64,000 bases of DNA from Leidyana gryllorum EB-2025a (taxonomy: Eukaryota; Protista; Apicomplexa): assembly GCA_048772705.1 (NCBI GenBank), contig JBLWGC010000216.1:124001-188000 (forward strand), given 5' to 3'. The position numbers and the translations under genes are program-made. The notes beneath the pieces were generated by a model, which searched no databases, was not told where the DNA came from, and saw only the letters and a program-made list of their open reading frames with translations. Within the stretch, counting starts at the first letter, position 1. Every line of letters starts with the position of its first letter. Positions 48,648 to 61,794 of the stretch are shown here, in pieces.

Positions 48648-49673
48648 TGGAAGAAATCAATGAATTATAATGACCTGCGTTATCTTTGTTTTTACCACAG
48701 ATCTTCTTTCACTTACAGCTTGCCAGAAGGTGCCGATGGAAAGATACGCACAACGGCAGACCCGTCTCCTCCTCGTTGTACACCCGGGCTCCATCGGCCT
48801 GGTACACCTTGACCGGCCGATGCAATATCTTCGCGATCGCCGTCAACTCAACCTCTCCCCTGAGAAAAGGAGGGGACAGTAAAGGGGGGGGCGAGAGAGA
48901 GGAAGAGAGGAGAGGAAGTAAACAGAGGGAAGTAAACAAAGGGAAGTAAACAAACGATCCGTAACACAGATCCACGAACGCCTCGCCTCTCAGGTTCGAC
49001 TTCGTCACCACCTCCCCAACTACGTATATCCACAATACTTACCCGTAGTCATCTGAATTTCGCAATCGATCGAGATAGTATACAAATCCACTTTCGGTCT
49101 GATACTCGTCTTCGAGAAAGAAGATATATTCGTCTCGGTGCTGAGTCAAATAGTCGGCTGCCATCTCGCGTAGTTGACGGTATGTGAAACTTTCCCCGCC
49201 AGTCAATGCGATCTGATGCGCTAATGCTCTGTACAAACAGTTCCCATCTGCGCTGATTGGATACACAGCTTTCCCTTCTTCATCCAACAGACGCTGGATT
49301 CGACCACTTTCAATAGCTGAGTGGTCCGTACCCGCCATTTGCTGCTTCGCTTCTTCCAGAGCAGCTTGTCTTTTGGCGGCTTGCCGCTGCTTCTTCAGCT
49401 CAGACTTCTTGGGACCAGTGTCTTTCATTACAAACTGTATCCCCTCATCCGCTGAGCTCGAGCCACCCTTCTCCTCGGGGTCCTCCAAGGCGGCTATACG
49501 CGCCTCATACTCTTTTTGGAGGGTCTTGCGTTTACGTCTGTCCCCTTCTTGTGCTACAGCCTCCTTCATCTCAGCTTTCAATTGCTGGTAACATTGCCGT
49601 TACGTCCACCAAACACACTCTACTCGCTTACCAAGACCGCCTTGCGGCGCTCAGCAGCACTGAGCCCAGACAT
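48589..49673 (-). CDS. OTU-domain deubiquitinase (OTUD6/Otu2-like), multi-exon
   Basis: ADGNCLYRAL and GEVEL motifs. The spliced last exon supplies HYNS (T|GT CAT TAT AAT TCA); stop at 48589. Confidence 0.85.
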
Positions 49674-49719
49674 AATTTAGTTTTTGTCACGTGTTCGGTC
49701 GCGAAGGTGCAACTCGTAG

Positions 49720-50145
49720 ATGTCGCGTGACCCAGGCTACTACGTGGTGCCTCCAGGCCTAGCCACCACCGGAACAGAGCGTCTCCAAGATGACGAACTC
49801 CTCGCAGCCAGTGCTACCAGTGCCCCCACTGACATTACCAAGAAGCCTATGGTTACTCTAGTTGACCCATTGACAGGTTTACAAACATATGCTTTTATAT
49901 TGGCGGTGCACACACATTCTGTTAGTCCTACTCCTTCCCCCTCTATCGCAGCCCAGCCAGCCTCGGGACCTTCCAGAACAGAACCTCAGAGCGGATTGGA
50001 CCAAACAGCCCTTCTACAGCTCGATCGCACCCTCGATGAAGTCCATCATGCTGTTAAAACCGAGAACGCCAAACGCCGCAAGGTTTCAGTCTCCCCTCCA
50101 ATAAAATTGGAAGATGAACTAACACCTCCTCCGCCAGATCAGTAG
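49720..50145 (+). CDS. hypothetical protein, 141 aa
   Basis: Clean ATG ORF filling the gap, with an NLS-like KRRK. Confidence 0.5.
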   Translation: MSRDPGYYVVPPGLATTGTERLQDDELLAASATSAPTDITKKPMVTLVDPLTGLQTYAFILAVHTHSVSPTPSPSIAAQPASGPSRTEPQSGLDQTALLQLDRTLDEVHHAVKTENAKRRKVSVSPPIKLEDELTPPPPDQ

Positions 50146-50653
50146 CCGGCTGCACTTTGTCCACCCATCTGCGTCGAGATCGCATAGGCGCCCGCCACAC
50201 AATGGGTCAAACCATTGAACTTGGCCACCCAACTGGTCTCGGGTCTCAATATAGCAACGAGACTGAGCATCCCAACCACACTATTGCCATCGCAACCAGA
50301 ACCACACTCACCCTTTGAAGTTCGGCGTGGTATTGGCCCATATCGCTTCTCGATTGTTGTCCATCTCCAAATCAGGACAGTTCGTACAACCGTTCTCGAG
50401 GAACTGCTCCTCGGACATCACCATATTGCACCGAGTACATGCGCGTAGCTTCAGGACCGTAGTCTCACGCACTCCTTGTTTACCACTCCGGTCACGAGTC
50501 TTCGACTTTCTCACTGAGCTCGCCGGCACCAAGATACCAGCGGACCCCTCCTCGTCACTAACACAAGTTGATGCCCATCACGCCATCATCGACTTACTAC
50601 TGGTCATCGACGTCGTCGTATTGTTGGTTGTAGTTGCCACCGCGTTGGTACAT
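50139..50653 (-). CDS. SPT4: transcription elongation factor Spt4, 3 exons
   Basis: LRACTRC..GCTNC zinc ribbon, TTPNFKG, and last exon PETSWVAKF..G.YA. Confidence 0.9.
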
Positions 50654-50722
50654 TGCCTTTTTTTTCTACCGTTGTTGGACTCAAAGTTTCGGTGACCACA
50701 TGACAGCATACAACGACATAGT

Positions 50723-51415
50723 CTAACCGTAGATTCTCTGTGGCTTGCCCATAGTCGATTTGATGTGAAGAGTCTTCACATTATTCCAGTTCTTCTTGAG
50801 CAGAGACACAAAGAAGTTGATGGACATCGAGATGTTCTCTCGGAGCTCATCAGCAGACATTTCCACGTTGCCCACGGCAACTCCCATGCACAACACCTTC
50901 TTCAGCTGGAACTTCACTGTTGAGCGCACTTCGGCAATCTTGTCCTCGAGCTTCTCGTTGTGAGTCACAATCAGAGGGAACTTGCCAGCCTTGTTCAAGC
51001 CAGGACCCAACAGACGAGGGATCTGGGGAATGAGCACTTGCGAGGCGAGGAAAGCATCGTACTTGGCCGCAAGCTTCTTCACAAGCTTGGTGTTCTTGTT
51101 CAATGCCTTAAGCTCCTCAACGTCCATGCAAGGGATACCGGCAGCCTTGGCTTCCTCGCAGTGCAGGGCATCACCCAAAACACACACGGACCGGTTGGGC
51201 GCAGCAGTGTGAGGCAACTTCACCGAACCAGCGAAACGCTTGTCCCTCTGGGTATCGTAATCCTTGATACCGATCTGGAGCTCTACAGTCTCGACGAAGT
51301 TCCTCTTCTTGCCGCCAAGCACCTCAGCGATAGCGCTCTTGAGAACATCCTGGGGAATCTTGCTGCGCAAATCAAACAATCATTACACACAACTTTCGTC
51401 TGGTACTCACCTCAT
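50723..51415 (-). CDS. RPL10A: 60S ribosomal protein L10a (uL1), 2 exons
   Basis: ATG AG|intron|C AAG gives MSKIP; [23 protein letters not shown] and [11 protein letters not shown]. Confidence 0.97.
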
Positions 51416-51530
51416 TGCTACTCACAGCAGGGGGGAAGGTGATCGTGTATGGTACTGTCTTTGATGGTCTACCAAGGGCGACGCAAAAAAAATTGGGCAG
51501 AGTCAGGATGCATAAATTTCTAACGTTGTG

Positions 51531-53102
51531 TCACGAGCTCGTAGTAACTTCTCGCCGCCCAGTGTAACGATGCTTGAAACCAACGATTTTGGAAGCACCT
51601 TGGCCTTGACGAGGCCTCTGGATGAGCCCTGCCGAATCACCCTCAGATGGTATTAGATCAGTCGATGGCGGAGAAGCCACAGCCGCCCGAGTACTATGTC
51701 CCATTGACAGTAACTGCTCGCTGTCTTCTACCTCTGAGTACTCATCCTCCCGTACACTTTGATCTCTGCTATGGTGCTCCACAGATGATGAATTAGACAC
51801 GTTTCCGAATTCAAGACTCGCGGTGGTGGCCACTCTCAAGCGAAGTGGCTCAGGGGGGAGGACATGGGATCCGGAAAGCTGTGCCCCTACCAGCCCAGGA
51901 GCCTTGTCTTCCGCAGCTCCCCCACCCTTGCCTTCGGAATCGTGTGTTGACAACCTCTGCGTGACTCTCTCCCTATTCGGGTCTTTCGAGGGCATTAGAG
52001 TGCCGAACGGGGCAGGATCCGAAGGGGGACGTTGCTGAGCTGGACACACCGAAGCGGACCTAATGTGCCCAGCACTTCCACTGGACTTCCCGGAGTGATC
52101 ACTCCACTTCCTGGAGCCTTCACTGCTTTTCTCGCTACCTTTCTCTGTGAACATGGGAGGGCGCGCACTGCGCGATCGGCTCTTGCAGAAATTCTGCAAG
52201 CCCCAACTGGCTTCTGCTATAGCATTAGAGGCTGAGACCTTGTACTCCAGTCTTGTAGCCTTTTTCAATAATTCGTCTCGGTCCTGTAACAAGATTCTCA
52301 GCATTGTCTCGTTCCCGCTGCGCATTTCTCCCGGTGCCGTGTTCAGTGGTTCCGGGTCCCGTTGGTCTCGCTGCTTTTTCACCAGTACAGTCAAGCAGTC
52401 CAGTCGTTTCTGCATCTCGCTCTGAGTTGCGGTAATCGCCTGTAGCTGATCAGTGACTCCAGTCAGGGCCGTGGCCAAGGACGTCAGAGTAGACTGAATG
52501 TTCAGGTGACTTTGCACTAGAGCATTCGTGCATGAGGAAGAAGATCCCGAGGAGTCTGCTTCCGCAGTGGGGTTCGAACCCATATGGACAACCAGTGGCT
52601 CTGCTTTGTCATTATGCTGCAATGGGGTCATTTCATCGTCGGCTGCTGCTGTGGTACTCTGATCTCGAATATCGGGTGGATAGTTCACTGGTGGTCGGGG
52701 AATGGGTGCTTGAGGCTGTAAGCCTTCGGACTGCAGCCTTTCTGTCGTTGCACGCCTGCCATGGGCGATCACCCGAGAGACTCTTCCGGACAGGTAGCTT
52801 TCCACTTGGTCTGCGCCTGCAGCTCCATCACTGCTTCTTTCGCTGGGGTCGCTGTGACTCAATGATCCCAATACTTTTTCCCTCCGATTCCCTCCAAGTC
52901 TGGGTTTTGTGGGTGCCTTGGGGATAGACTGAGTGCGTGAAGAAGAATTGTAGGGCTTGTGATCCGGGAAGAGTGACAGGGGACTAGAAGAGTTGGAGGT
53001 GTAGAATGCACTAACTAGCGATTGCTCCGGCTCGTAATTCACCTTTTTGGAGCCGGCAAAGTCGTTGGCTCTCTTCACTGCATCAGCGAATATTGGATCC
53101 AT
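51531..53102 (-). CDS. hypothetical protein, 523 aa, disordered with central coiled coil
   Basis: Long uninterrupted ATG ORF. Confidence 0.65.
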   Translation of the reverse strand: MDPIFADAVKRANDFAGSKKVNYEPEQSLVSAFYTSNSSSPLSLFPDHKPYNSSSRTQSIPKAPTKPRLGGNRREKVLGSLSHSDPSERSSDGAAGADQVESYLSGRVSRVIAHGRRATTERLQSEGLQPQAPIPRPPVNYPPDIRDQSTTAAADDEMTPLQHNDKAEPLVVHMGSNPTAEADSSGSSSSCTNALVQSHLNIQSTLTSLATALTGVTDQLQAITATQSEMQKRLDCLTVLVKKQRDQRDPEPLNTAPGEMRSGNETMLRILLQDRDELLKKATRLEYKVSASNAIAEASWGLQNFCKSRSRSARPPMFTEKGSEKSSEGSRKWSDHSGKSSGSAGHIRSASVCPAQQRPPSDPAPFGTLMPSKDPNRERVTQRLSTHDSEGKGGGAAEDKAPGLVGAQLSGSHVLPPEPLRLRVATTASLEFGNVSNSSSVEHHSRDQSVREDEYSEVEDSEQLLSMGHSTRAAVASPPSTDLIPSEGDSAGLIQRPRQGQGASKIVGFKHRYTGRREVTTSS

Positions 53103-53267
53103 TGACTGACTAACTTGCTTAACTTAAGGAGAGGGCGTGTGTCTCGCTCAAGCACACGTGTGTTGTCAATGTGATGGAGGCAGATTCATGGCCCCCTTTC
53201 CAACTAGAGAACCGGCAACCGCCCCCTCCGGCACTACTTGAGACTATAAGGCAATATTTCACCAAGT

Positions 53268-54313
53268 ATGGGGCAACACTGCTTGCATATGATTGATGGC
53301 AGGGGTGCTGCCGCATCGCTCTCGCTGTATCGGCGAATCGCGGTTTCAAATTCAATGCAGCATTGGTTATTCTGGAATCCGGCGTTGACCAGTATTCGCT
53401 TTGATGACGACCTGGATGAGCAGCACGGTTTGATCTTGATGGTGGCAGTTCCGGAAGAGATGTGCCCATCGGGAGACTCTGTTGATTTAGGTATTGGTTG
53501 GCTGGTGCTTTGTCGATTGTCATTGTCTGAGCCCTTCGGTACGGCAGGTCTGTTGAGTAATGAATACCTGATTCTGCCTGGGGACAGCGAATGGTACAAG
53601 GTACAGAATTACCTGAACCGTATACGATCTCTGCGGACATCGCGACCATTTCCCGAGTTCACATTTGGCTATGCCTTCCCAGAGAGGATGCCAGTGATGA
53701 ATACGCGTAGACTAGGTGATGATGATGAGATTGGGTTGCTTAGCGGTGTATGTGTACAGAGACGATGGCCTACGATGTGGCCTCCTGTGGACTGATATTT
53801 CTGGCAGCACAATTCGAATCTCGTTTGAGGAAATCGCTGCAAGGCGCGAATGACTTTGAGGTAGGGGAGATACGGAAAAAATGTGAGAAGTTGATGACGG
53901 CAGTTCCGGCTACGTCCGAAAGAGGATGTTGTGATGGAAATTGACACTCGGAAGATCAAGATTGTAAGTTCGTTCTGGAGTGAAGAGAAGGCTAGTTGGT
54001 CTACAGATATTTGCTGAGAAGTTCTCCTCGGTGCGCGATCGCTTGCTGGCTGCCCAAATATGCAGCGTGAGGTTCGAGTGAGGGCGAGTGGGGCTGAGGT
54101 GCATTGCAGAACATGTGTAAAGCCATTAAGCGTCGAGAGGAGAATCGTCGATGGAAGATGGCCTTCGAACTGGAGCCGCCGAGTGAGTTTCTGAGTTTCT
54201 GGGTGAGGCGATGTTGGTGTGGGTCAGAGGCGAGTTCGCTGTATGTGTCACGGAAGAGTCGAACGTCTGTGTACGTGACATGGGGTAAGGGAGTGGGAGA
54301 GGGGGACGAGTGA
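53268..54313 (+). CDS. probable multi-exon hypothetical protein (model unresolved)
   Basis: Chain of + strand ORF pieces flanked by GT/AG sites; no recognisable motif. Confidence 0.3.
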
Positions 54314-54551
54314 CGATCGAGTTCAGTTTTGCTGAGGCCTATCGGCGAAGATGTGAGTTTCAATGTAGTTCTCTCAATTCTGGGTGAGTTGATGTAATTC
54401 GTGACGGTGAGGTGGAGTTGTTTATTGCAGCGACTTCGTTCCGGCCATTTCTGCTTAAGAGTATCAGTCAATTGCGGTTCAAACAGGATCGCGAGTTGAA
54501 TGAGAGCGCGGACAACTTATTCCGTCCAGGTTGACCGCCGAAAAAAAAGTG

Positions 54552-57500
54552 ATGAGACTGAAGGCGTATGGGGAGAGCAGCCGCGAGGTGGCTGAGTTGA
54601 AGCGAGCTGTATTGGAGGCTGGACGGAGGCGCGAGAACGGAGCCGGTGAAGTCTTGGTGAGCCTATTGGATGCCTGGATCGGCGGGGAACCACGCAGCTG
54701 CGATGCGGCTGCTCGGGCAGCGCTTTTAGCTTTGATAGCCGGAAGTGCCAGTGTAGGTAGAGTTGCAAAGAGTGACGATCAACTAGAACAAGTGGCTTTG
54801 GAGTACCTAAAAAGAAGGCTATCTTCGGCCGATGTACATCAAAGTCCCATAACAAGCGCGAGATTGGTCTCTCTCCCGTGGGTGCTCGATGGTGTGGGAT
54901 TCAAATGCACAGAGAAGATCTCAACCACACAGCTCCGAGACCTGGCAGCCCTATGTCTGAACTTGGCATCTTTGCGCCAAAATATCTCCCCGTCGACTTT
55001 GGTCCAGATTACAGAGTCACTCGCCGTGTTTACCGGAAGTCCTTTGGCGAGTCAATTAAGCCATCTTGACGGCCTATGGCAAGAACTCGCATCTTTCATT
55101 CGTCACATCACCAGTCATCAAGCGGTGTTAGACCGGGCCTTCGCCAAGTCCCTCGACGACTTGCAACACCATGTGGAACAGAAGATCGGTCCACTGTCTC
55201 CTGCCCCCCGAGAGGGCGGAGAGCTCGTCGAAACTTGCCACCGTGGCGAGATTTTCAAGGTGCCCGTGCCTGTGGTGAAGTATCTCAAAGAGCACTCCCC
55301 TGGGGCTTTCGCCTTCATTTATGAAAACTATGAGTTTCTGAGACCGCTATGGGCGCTCTGCGATCCCTTCAGCCCCTCGCAAGACCTGCAGAAACCACTG
55401 GCACTCCTCGAGGCCGCCGGGACGCCGAGCGAGTCGCCATCCGTTCCACTGTCAGTCGCCAGTAAGTGTCTGGCGATCGGGGTTTACAACTCTCGGATGG
55501 AGAAGTACCGCCATTCGCTCTTACTGAACGCCCTCGAGAGACTCTGTGTCAAGAAGACGGATTGTGTGGACGGAGCCCTCCTGATTCTCTACGCGTGCGC
55601 AGGCTGGGAGCTCCGCGAGTTGCCGGATGACGATACAATTAAGATCCCCGCGTTGACAGCAGCCTTTAAGGCTGGAATTCTTGACCTTTGTGCCACCGCA
55701 GCCAACTGCGTCCACAAAGAGCGCCTTCAAGAGGACACCACCGCTCCACCTCCCTACGACGCCGTCTGGCTGCTGATCTTGTTGTACGGTGTCTGTTTCA
55801 GTGCCGATGGCCCGGGACGGAAGGCTGGAGACTGCGTTCTGACCGCTCAACGGCTCATGAAGACCAGTTTCACCAGCGGTCATCTGCTGCTGTGTCAAGC
55901 CATCCTGTTTGAGGACAGACTGTCGCTGGAGCAGATCATCACGCCTCTTGTGACAGCGTGGTCCCATTGGTTCCCTCCGTGGCTGAGCGCAGAATATTGT
56001 TGCGACCTTCTCTTACAGAATGCTGACAGTCTGATCCGCCACTTCTACCCCTGCTTCTACAACACTTTGATACCTTCAGACGGGGACTCCGGCCACCGTC
56101 TGCTGTCGTCTCTGCCCTCTGGGGGTGCTTTCGAGAGTCTACCGTGTGAAAGAAAGCTCCACTTGATGCGCGTCCTTCTGCGGGCAGGTGGTCCCGCTAT
56201 CCTCATAGTGCCGGGTGGTTCTGAGGGGGTGGATAACTTCCCACCAGACTTCTCCCTCGAGGATAAGATTCGGGTGTGCACCACCGATTGGGCGATGAAG
56301 GACAATGTTAAAGGCGCACGGAAGCGGAAGGCGGCCGAAGATGCATCGTTGGTTCAGCCAGCTGCGGAAAAATACCTGAGAAATTCCGCTCCCACATCAG
56401 GATGGCTCATTATGGCATCGCCAAACTGTAGCCAAGTGGGAATATCGCTACGAATGGTTGAGGATCAGCTCGAAGATTATGACACAGAGATCAGTGTGTC
56501 AGCTGCAGCCCTCCTGATGACGGAAAGGTCGCTGCTGCTGCCACCGCGCACCATCTCGGAGGTTCTGATGATCCAAGACTACGTCCGGCGGGGGATCGAG
56601 TGTTCGACCAACAATGACAGCAGAGCTACTCTATTCGAGCTCGCCGGGAAGTACCTCCGTCGGTGGGCTGAGCCCCTGAAGATGTTGGGGAAAAAAGGTG
56701 TGGACACATACGCATCCAACATTCTGAAGGAATTTGCCTACGGATGGACCAACATGTGTCGATACTACATTGGGCCCGGCCACTGCTTTACCTCAGCGGC
56801 AGTTGCCCTCAAGTTGTTACAAATGTTGACTGATCTGATCGAAGACCGCACAATATTGCGGGAATTGGTCGACCGAGATCTCCGTGAGAACTTGTTGGAT
56901 TGCATTGGCAGCAATTGGGACGACGTTCGCATCGGCGCCACTGCTTTGATAGAACGGCTTGGATCCTTTGAGGACCTCCTCGCCTACGCTCTTCCGGGCA
57001 CTCTATTCACAGTCCTCAACTTTATGGACCTCTTACTGCACAGCCCGAAGGTCCGAGACTTCCAGACGGGCTCCTGCTGGTTCAATCTGCTGAGCCGCCA
57101 CCTTTTGGAGGTCGGGCTCACGCAAGAACAGCTTCAAGTTGTATCTGATTACTTTGGACATCAGCTCACTGGATTTGTCTGCCCTTCGTCCCGAGTCACT
57201 ATTGTTGGTTGGCTGAGCTGGCTGACGGCGGTGGTGAAGTGGGTGGTGAAGACTGTGGAGAACGCCGAAGGGGGACTGCCGTTAGTCCACGGAAAGCTGA
57301 CCTGTTTGATAGCAGCCATAGAGCACGGCCAACGGGGGGCGAAGCTGGGCGAGCAAGAGTCCATCGAAGAGTTGATCGAACTCTTGTTGAAAGAGTGTCC
57401 AGAGAAGATTCTGTACCCGGTGACACAAATAATGCTCAAATTCATCGCCCTCGGAGAAGAGAAGGTCCTTCTGTCCCAAGTTATGGATGAGCAATCCGAC

Positions 57501-60500
57501 GAAGACTTTACAAGTTTGGTTCGCGTCGATTGCCGGGGTCATCTGGTGTTCGGAACTCACAACGAGACCACTGACCCAACGGCCGCCACGACTACAACGA
57601 CGACCAATCCGTCAGAAGATAGGGAGAACGAGCCCACCCTGCTGCATCCTTCCAGCTTCTCGCGCTTTTGGCTGTCTGTCAAGGCCTGTGGGGACGTCCT
57701 CAAAACCATCTTCGCCAGTCTCCCGCAATTGGAAGACGCCCGTCACATTCCCGTCGTGCAGAACATTCTGGAACAGGCCGTCATGACTCTCCTGGGCTCA
57801 CGACATCCGGGTCTCCTCGAGAAATGGTCGGCAGCGGTGTCTCAGATTGTCTTGATGTGTTCGGGGAGGTTGGGCCGGTCAGCCGCCGTATGGAGTTCCT
57901 GGGCCAGAGTTCCCCTCGTCGTCCTCCAAAGAGTGCTGCGGTCCATTGAGCCGCGCGGTCGGCCGACCAATTCAGAGGACGACGGCCAACACATCACTGT
58001 CAATGATCTCTTCTCACTTCCGTCTTCGATGGATTGCGATCGCTCTCAAATGATTCTGGAAAATTCTGGATGGCTGCTCACTCCGGCCGATCAGAATGAT
58101 TCCGGGTTCGCTGTTGTGCCTCCACCGCTACGGAAATCGGCAGCCCTCTCGGCAGCATTATCCGCCTTACTCGAAGTCAAATTGTTCACAAAACCAAAGG
58201 ATCACTGTCTATCGACCGACGAAGGCCTCGTTGTTTCCCACATTGACTTGGGATTCGCGGTCGTGGGCAAACTGCTCTTCTTGGCCACTCTGATCGTTCC
58301 TGATGAGCAAGAAGGGTCTGCTTGGCGCGAAGCTATAATCACGTCCAAATTCCACGCCCTAAACCTTCTGCGGACTTTGCTGACCCAAAAGCCGGCTATG
58401 GTGAGGGCCTTAGTACCCAAATGGTATGAGTGTCAAAAGGATATCAACTACTCGTTCTTGGCCAAACTAGATGACCTCGACCCGTGTGAAGATCACACAC
58501 ACACACCCATCGTCTTGGGAGACGTGCTGCAAATAGCTCTGAGTCTGCTGGGCAAAGAGACGGATTTCCGTTTGAAGAATGCGTCGAATCTGTTGTTCAC
58601 AGCCGTCCAAGACCTCCTGTGTTCTACAGCGAAGCTCAACGAGACGTCCGGCACCGCTTCTGAACTTCTCAACGAGGAGATTGAGGGCCAAGGGAACTTT
58701 TATCTGGCCAATGTGGAGACAGTGGCCCGGAGAGCCCACCATCCGGTATCCAAGTCGCTTGAAACCACATTGATCCACTGCCCGAGACTATACGACGCGC
58801 TGCAAAGGGTTTTGCGAACTCCGGACGCTGATGAAGAGGAGGAAAGAGCTTTATTGGTCTTCCTATCTCTGCAGCAGCCTCCTGATGTGTCGTTCCTGTC
58901 GGTGGTGAATATGATTGAGCGGTTGTGCACTCCCGACTCAACACTTACGGTGGAGACGCCGGCAACATCGGAGTCCACTAAAGGCCTCCCTGTAGGCTGG
59001 CACACCGCCCTGTTGCAGTCTGTGGTGGCTCGGGCTAAGACTGCTGACACTTATTTCTTACGGTCACTTCTGGCGGGAATTTTGATCAGTGTGAGCGGTC
59101 GGATATGCAGTTTCGCCCGACAGTCCGAATGCGAGAAGTGTCTGAAACTCCTTTTGCTTACGGATGTTGACAAATCTATCCACGTACGGTTACTTTTCAC
59201 TCGTGGTCTGCTGCGCCTGATACATCTCGACTACACAACTGCTCGAGTCCAACAGAGTATGTGGTTGTGGAGTCGCTGTGCTGATCAACTGGTCGATATT
59301 CTGGTCAAACTGACAGACTCAAACGATCAAATCGCTCTCACCGAGGGCCTTTTGTGTTTGGAGGAGCTTTTGGTGCTCATTGGTGATCACAGAGAGGATG
59401 CGTCTCTCAATCGCAAAATATCGGGGTACCTTGAAGGAGAGTTCTCACCGCTCAAGAGTGACGATCACTTTGTCGCCGTTGTGGCCCACGCGCGGGTTTG
59501 GACCCGTTTTGTTAACCGCGTCGACGATCTGTCGGCCTTTCTGCTGGCACTCAACGGCCAAAGCAACCCACAGATCATCGAAGAATGTCTGCTGACGGCC
59601 GTGCGCCTGCCCTGGAAGCCAATAGCATCCGGGCGTCTCTTCACTTGGCTGAGCCACCGGATCAAAGAGCAGTTGACTTCGCCCTTGGCAGAGGCCTTCG
59701 CCCGATTGGTCTGCCAGATGGCGCGAGAAAAGCAATCCATCGAAGCCGAATGTCTCGAAAACCTTCAAGAATGGTCTAATCAATACCCCCGGTTCGAGCG
59801 ATTGGCAGTGATAGTGTCTGAAATACTCATTCTCTGCCAATACGACCCCTCTGCTGAGAAAGTGGGACTCCGGAGGACATTGGCGTTATGCCATCCCTCA
59901 ACGGATACACGCGTCCGCCGCGAAGCGGCCAGGGTAAGTCACAACTAATGAGTGTTTCTACAATAATACTGTCTTAGGTTGCAATGTTGGCCTGGCAACG
60001 GGACCCTGCGACACGGGCAATAATGGCCGCTACAGTTCTGCTGTTGGCCACCGACGAGTCTTTGGACGATATTCGAATGCCAACACGGGTCGCTCTACTG
60101 GGGCGGCGGGGAACTTTGGATGAGTGTGTGGAGGCGTGGAGTGAACAGGTTGGCAGCGACGAGAGAGCTGCCGCTTTTGCTCAACTCACAGCCCCGGGCA
60201 CTCGCAATGCGTTGGTGTCGTTACGAGTCGGGTTGGAGGAGGCTCTACGCGTACATTATGGAGTCACCTGGCAGCCGGATGGGAGCATTAAGTACTCTCC
60301 TGACGCATTCTTCGATGATGAGTACGAGAACGTGCTGAACTGTGACACTCATTTGCTCGAGTTAGTGCAGCGGCTGAACGGCTACGCGTGTATTATCCCC
60401 GAGACGTCACCCGAACGTCGCAAGTACACCGAGTTTCTTGCAGCACACATTCAAAGTGTGTGGAAGGTGGATGTGAGCGAGTATTTACGGCGACATTGTA

Positions 60501-60547
60501 TACAGTCAGATATGTTGAAAGGTCTATGCTTGGCGTTGGGTAGTTAG
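54552..60547 (+). CDS. THADA: THADA/Trm732 (DUF2428) armadillo-like protein; intron 59933-59978
   Basis: SRHPGLLE, LRKSAAL, FHALNLLRTL and RLKNASNLLFTA resemble the THADA motifs RHRGAF, RRSAGLP, HALNIL and RNSATLLF. Confidence 0.72.
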
Positions 60548-60582
60548 CAGACGAGTGTCTGTAGGTGGAACAAACTCACAGT

Positions 60583-61755
60583 ATGGACAATAGCAATCCT
60601 CTGGGCCCCTCTGTGGAAGAGAGGTTACGGCAGATTGAAGCCGCCGAGAAAGCGTCGATAGCCCGGCGTGCCAGTTACAAGGAGCCTGTATTTCCTGGGA
60701 CGGAACCGGTCCGACGAGCCACACTGGTCCCCACTTCCAGTGCTTCGAAGCCCGTTGTACCTCAGCCCCCTGCTGCGAAGGCGCCACCTCAGCCACCTCC
60801 ATTGAAAGGTGCAACTCCGGTCAGATCGGTAACAACTCAGTTCCGATCTCCCAGCCCTCCGGCAGCCAGTCAGGACGCCGGCGGTCGATCACTGATCCTC
60901 AATCTTGACGGTCTGGACAAACGGCAACAGCAACGTCGGGCTTCGTTACCAAGTCCTCGGGCATTAGACAGTGCTCTACCCACCGCCAAGGCTGCTGTGA
61001 CCCCACCTCAACCAGGCCCATCAATCGTCCCGAGATCCGGACGAAGGGCAACTTTACCCAATAGACCGACAGTTCAGCCCCTCACAGCCACAGACTCGCG
61101 TGATTCAGCAGTCTTCAATATGCAAGGACACGACTCTGGCGAGGATGCGGCTTTCAAGGAGATCGCGGACGCTCCACGTCTGCACGATCTGCCAGCAGGA
61201 ATGCTGGCGGCGGATGATTTTGACTCAGTCGTTGACCTCTACAACTTGAGAGAGACTTTTGGATGGTTTTCTCCAGCTCGTATCGACTCCGAGAAATGGT
61301 GGGAGTTTGATGCTGTCAGTATAACGCTCAAAGACTCGCGAACCCAAACGGCGGTTTGGCGAAAAGTTGCCGTAGAAGCCGACACGTACACCGCGACAGT
61401 GCGACTCTTCGATGTGGAGAAGAAAGTCTTCTTGTCCTCACGCCTTGACTACAACAAAACTCCTTCAACGCGCCCCAGCGGAATCAACCATTGCGTGGGA
61501 CTCGATCTCGGACGCGGACGCCCTCCCCTGGAGCAGTGGGAGCACTTTGTGTCTCTCTGGCTGGAAGGCCGGAGGATGCCAGTGACCATTATCAGCAACA
61601 ACTCAATGCACATTCAAGAAGTAACTCGCGTCATCTGCCTGATCCAAGCGTACAGATTACGCATTCGACAGGAGGCCGAGTACCATGACCACATGTGGAA
61701 GATACTGGAAGAGGAAACGATTGCCTATGAAGCTGATACTAGTGCACTTTGTTAG
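60583..61755 (+). CDS. hypothetical protein, Pro-rich N-terminus and PH-like C-terminal domain
   Basis: ATG ORF with repeated RRAS/RRAT phosphosite-like motifs and a beta-rich C-terminal half ending in a helix. Confidence 0.6.
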   Translation: MDNSNPLGPSVEERLRQIEAAEKASIARRASYKEPVFPGTEPVRRATLVPTSSASKPVVPQPPAAKAPPQPPPLKGATPVRSVTTQFRSPSPPAASQDAGGRSLILNLDGLDKRQQQRRASLPSPRALDSALPTAKAAVTPPQPGPSIVPRSGRRATLPNRPTVQPLTATDSRDSAVFNMQGHDSGEDAAFKEIADAPRLHDLPAGMLAADDFDSVVDLYNLRETFGWFSPARIDSEKWWEFDAVSITLKDSRTQTAVWRKVAVEADTYTATVRLFDVEKKVFLSSRLDYNKTPSTRPSGINHCVGLDLGRGRPPLEQWEHFVSLWLEGRRMPVTIISNNSMHIQEVTRVICLIQAYRLRIRQEAEYHDHMWKILEEETIAYEADTSALC

Positions 61756-61794
61756 TGATCTTTGTTGTAATTTTGGGGAGTGACCGATGGCCTA

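Noticed and set aside
48913-48953. 3 x 14-bp repeat GGAAGTAAACA(G/A)AG
   Set aside because: It lies within an OTU gene intron and looks like simple slippage with no evident function.
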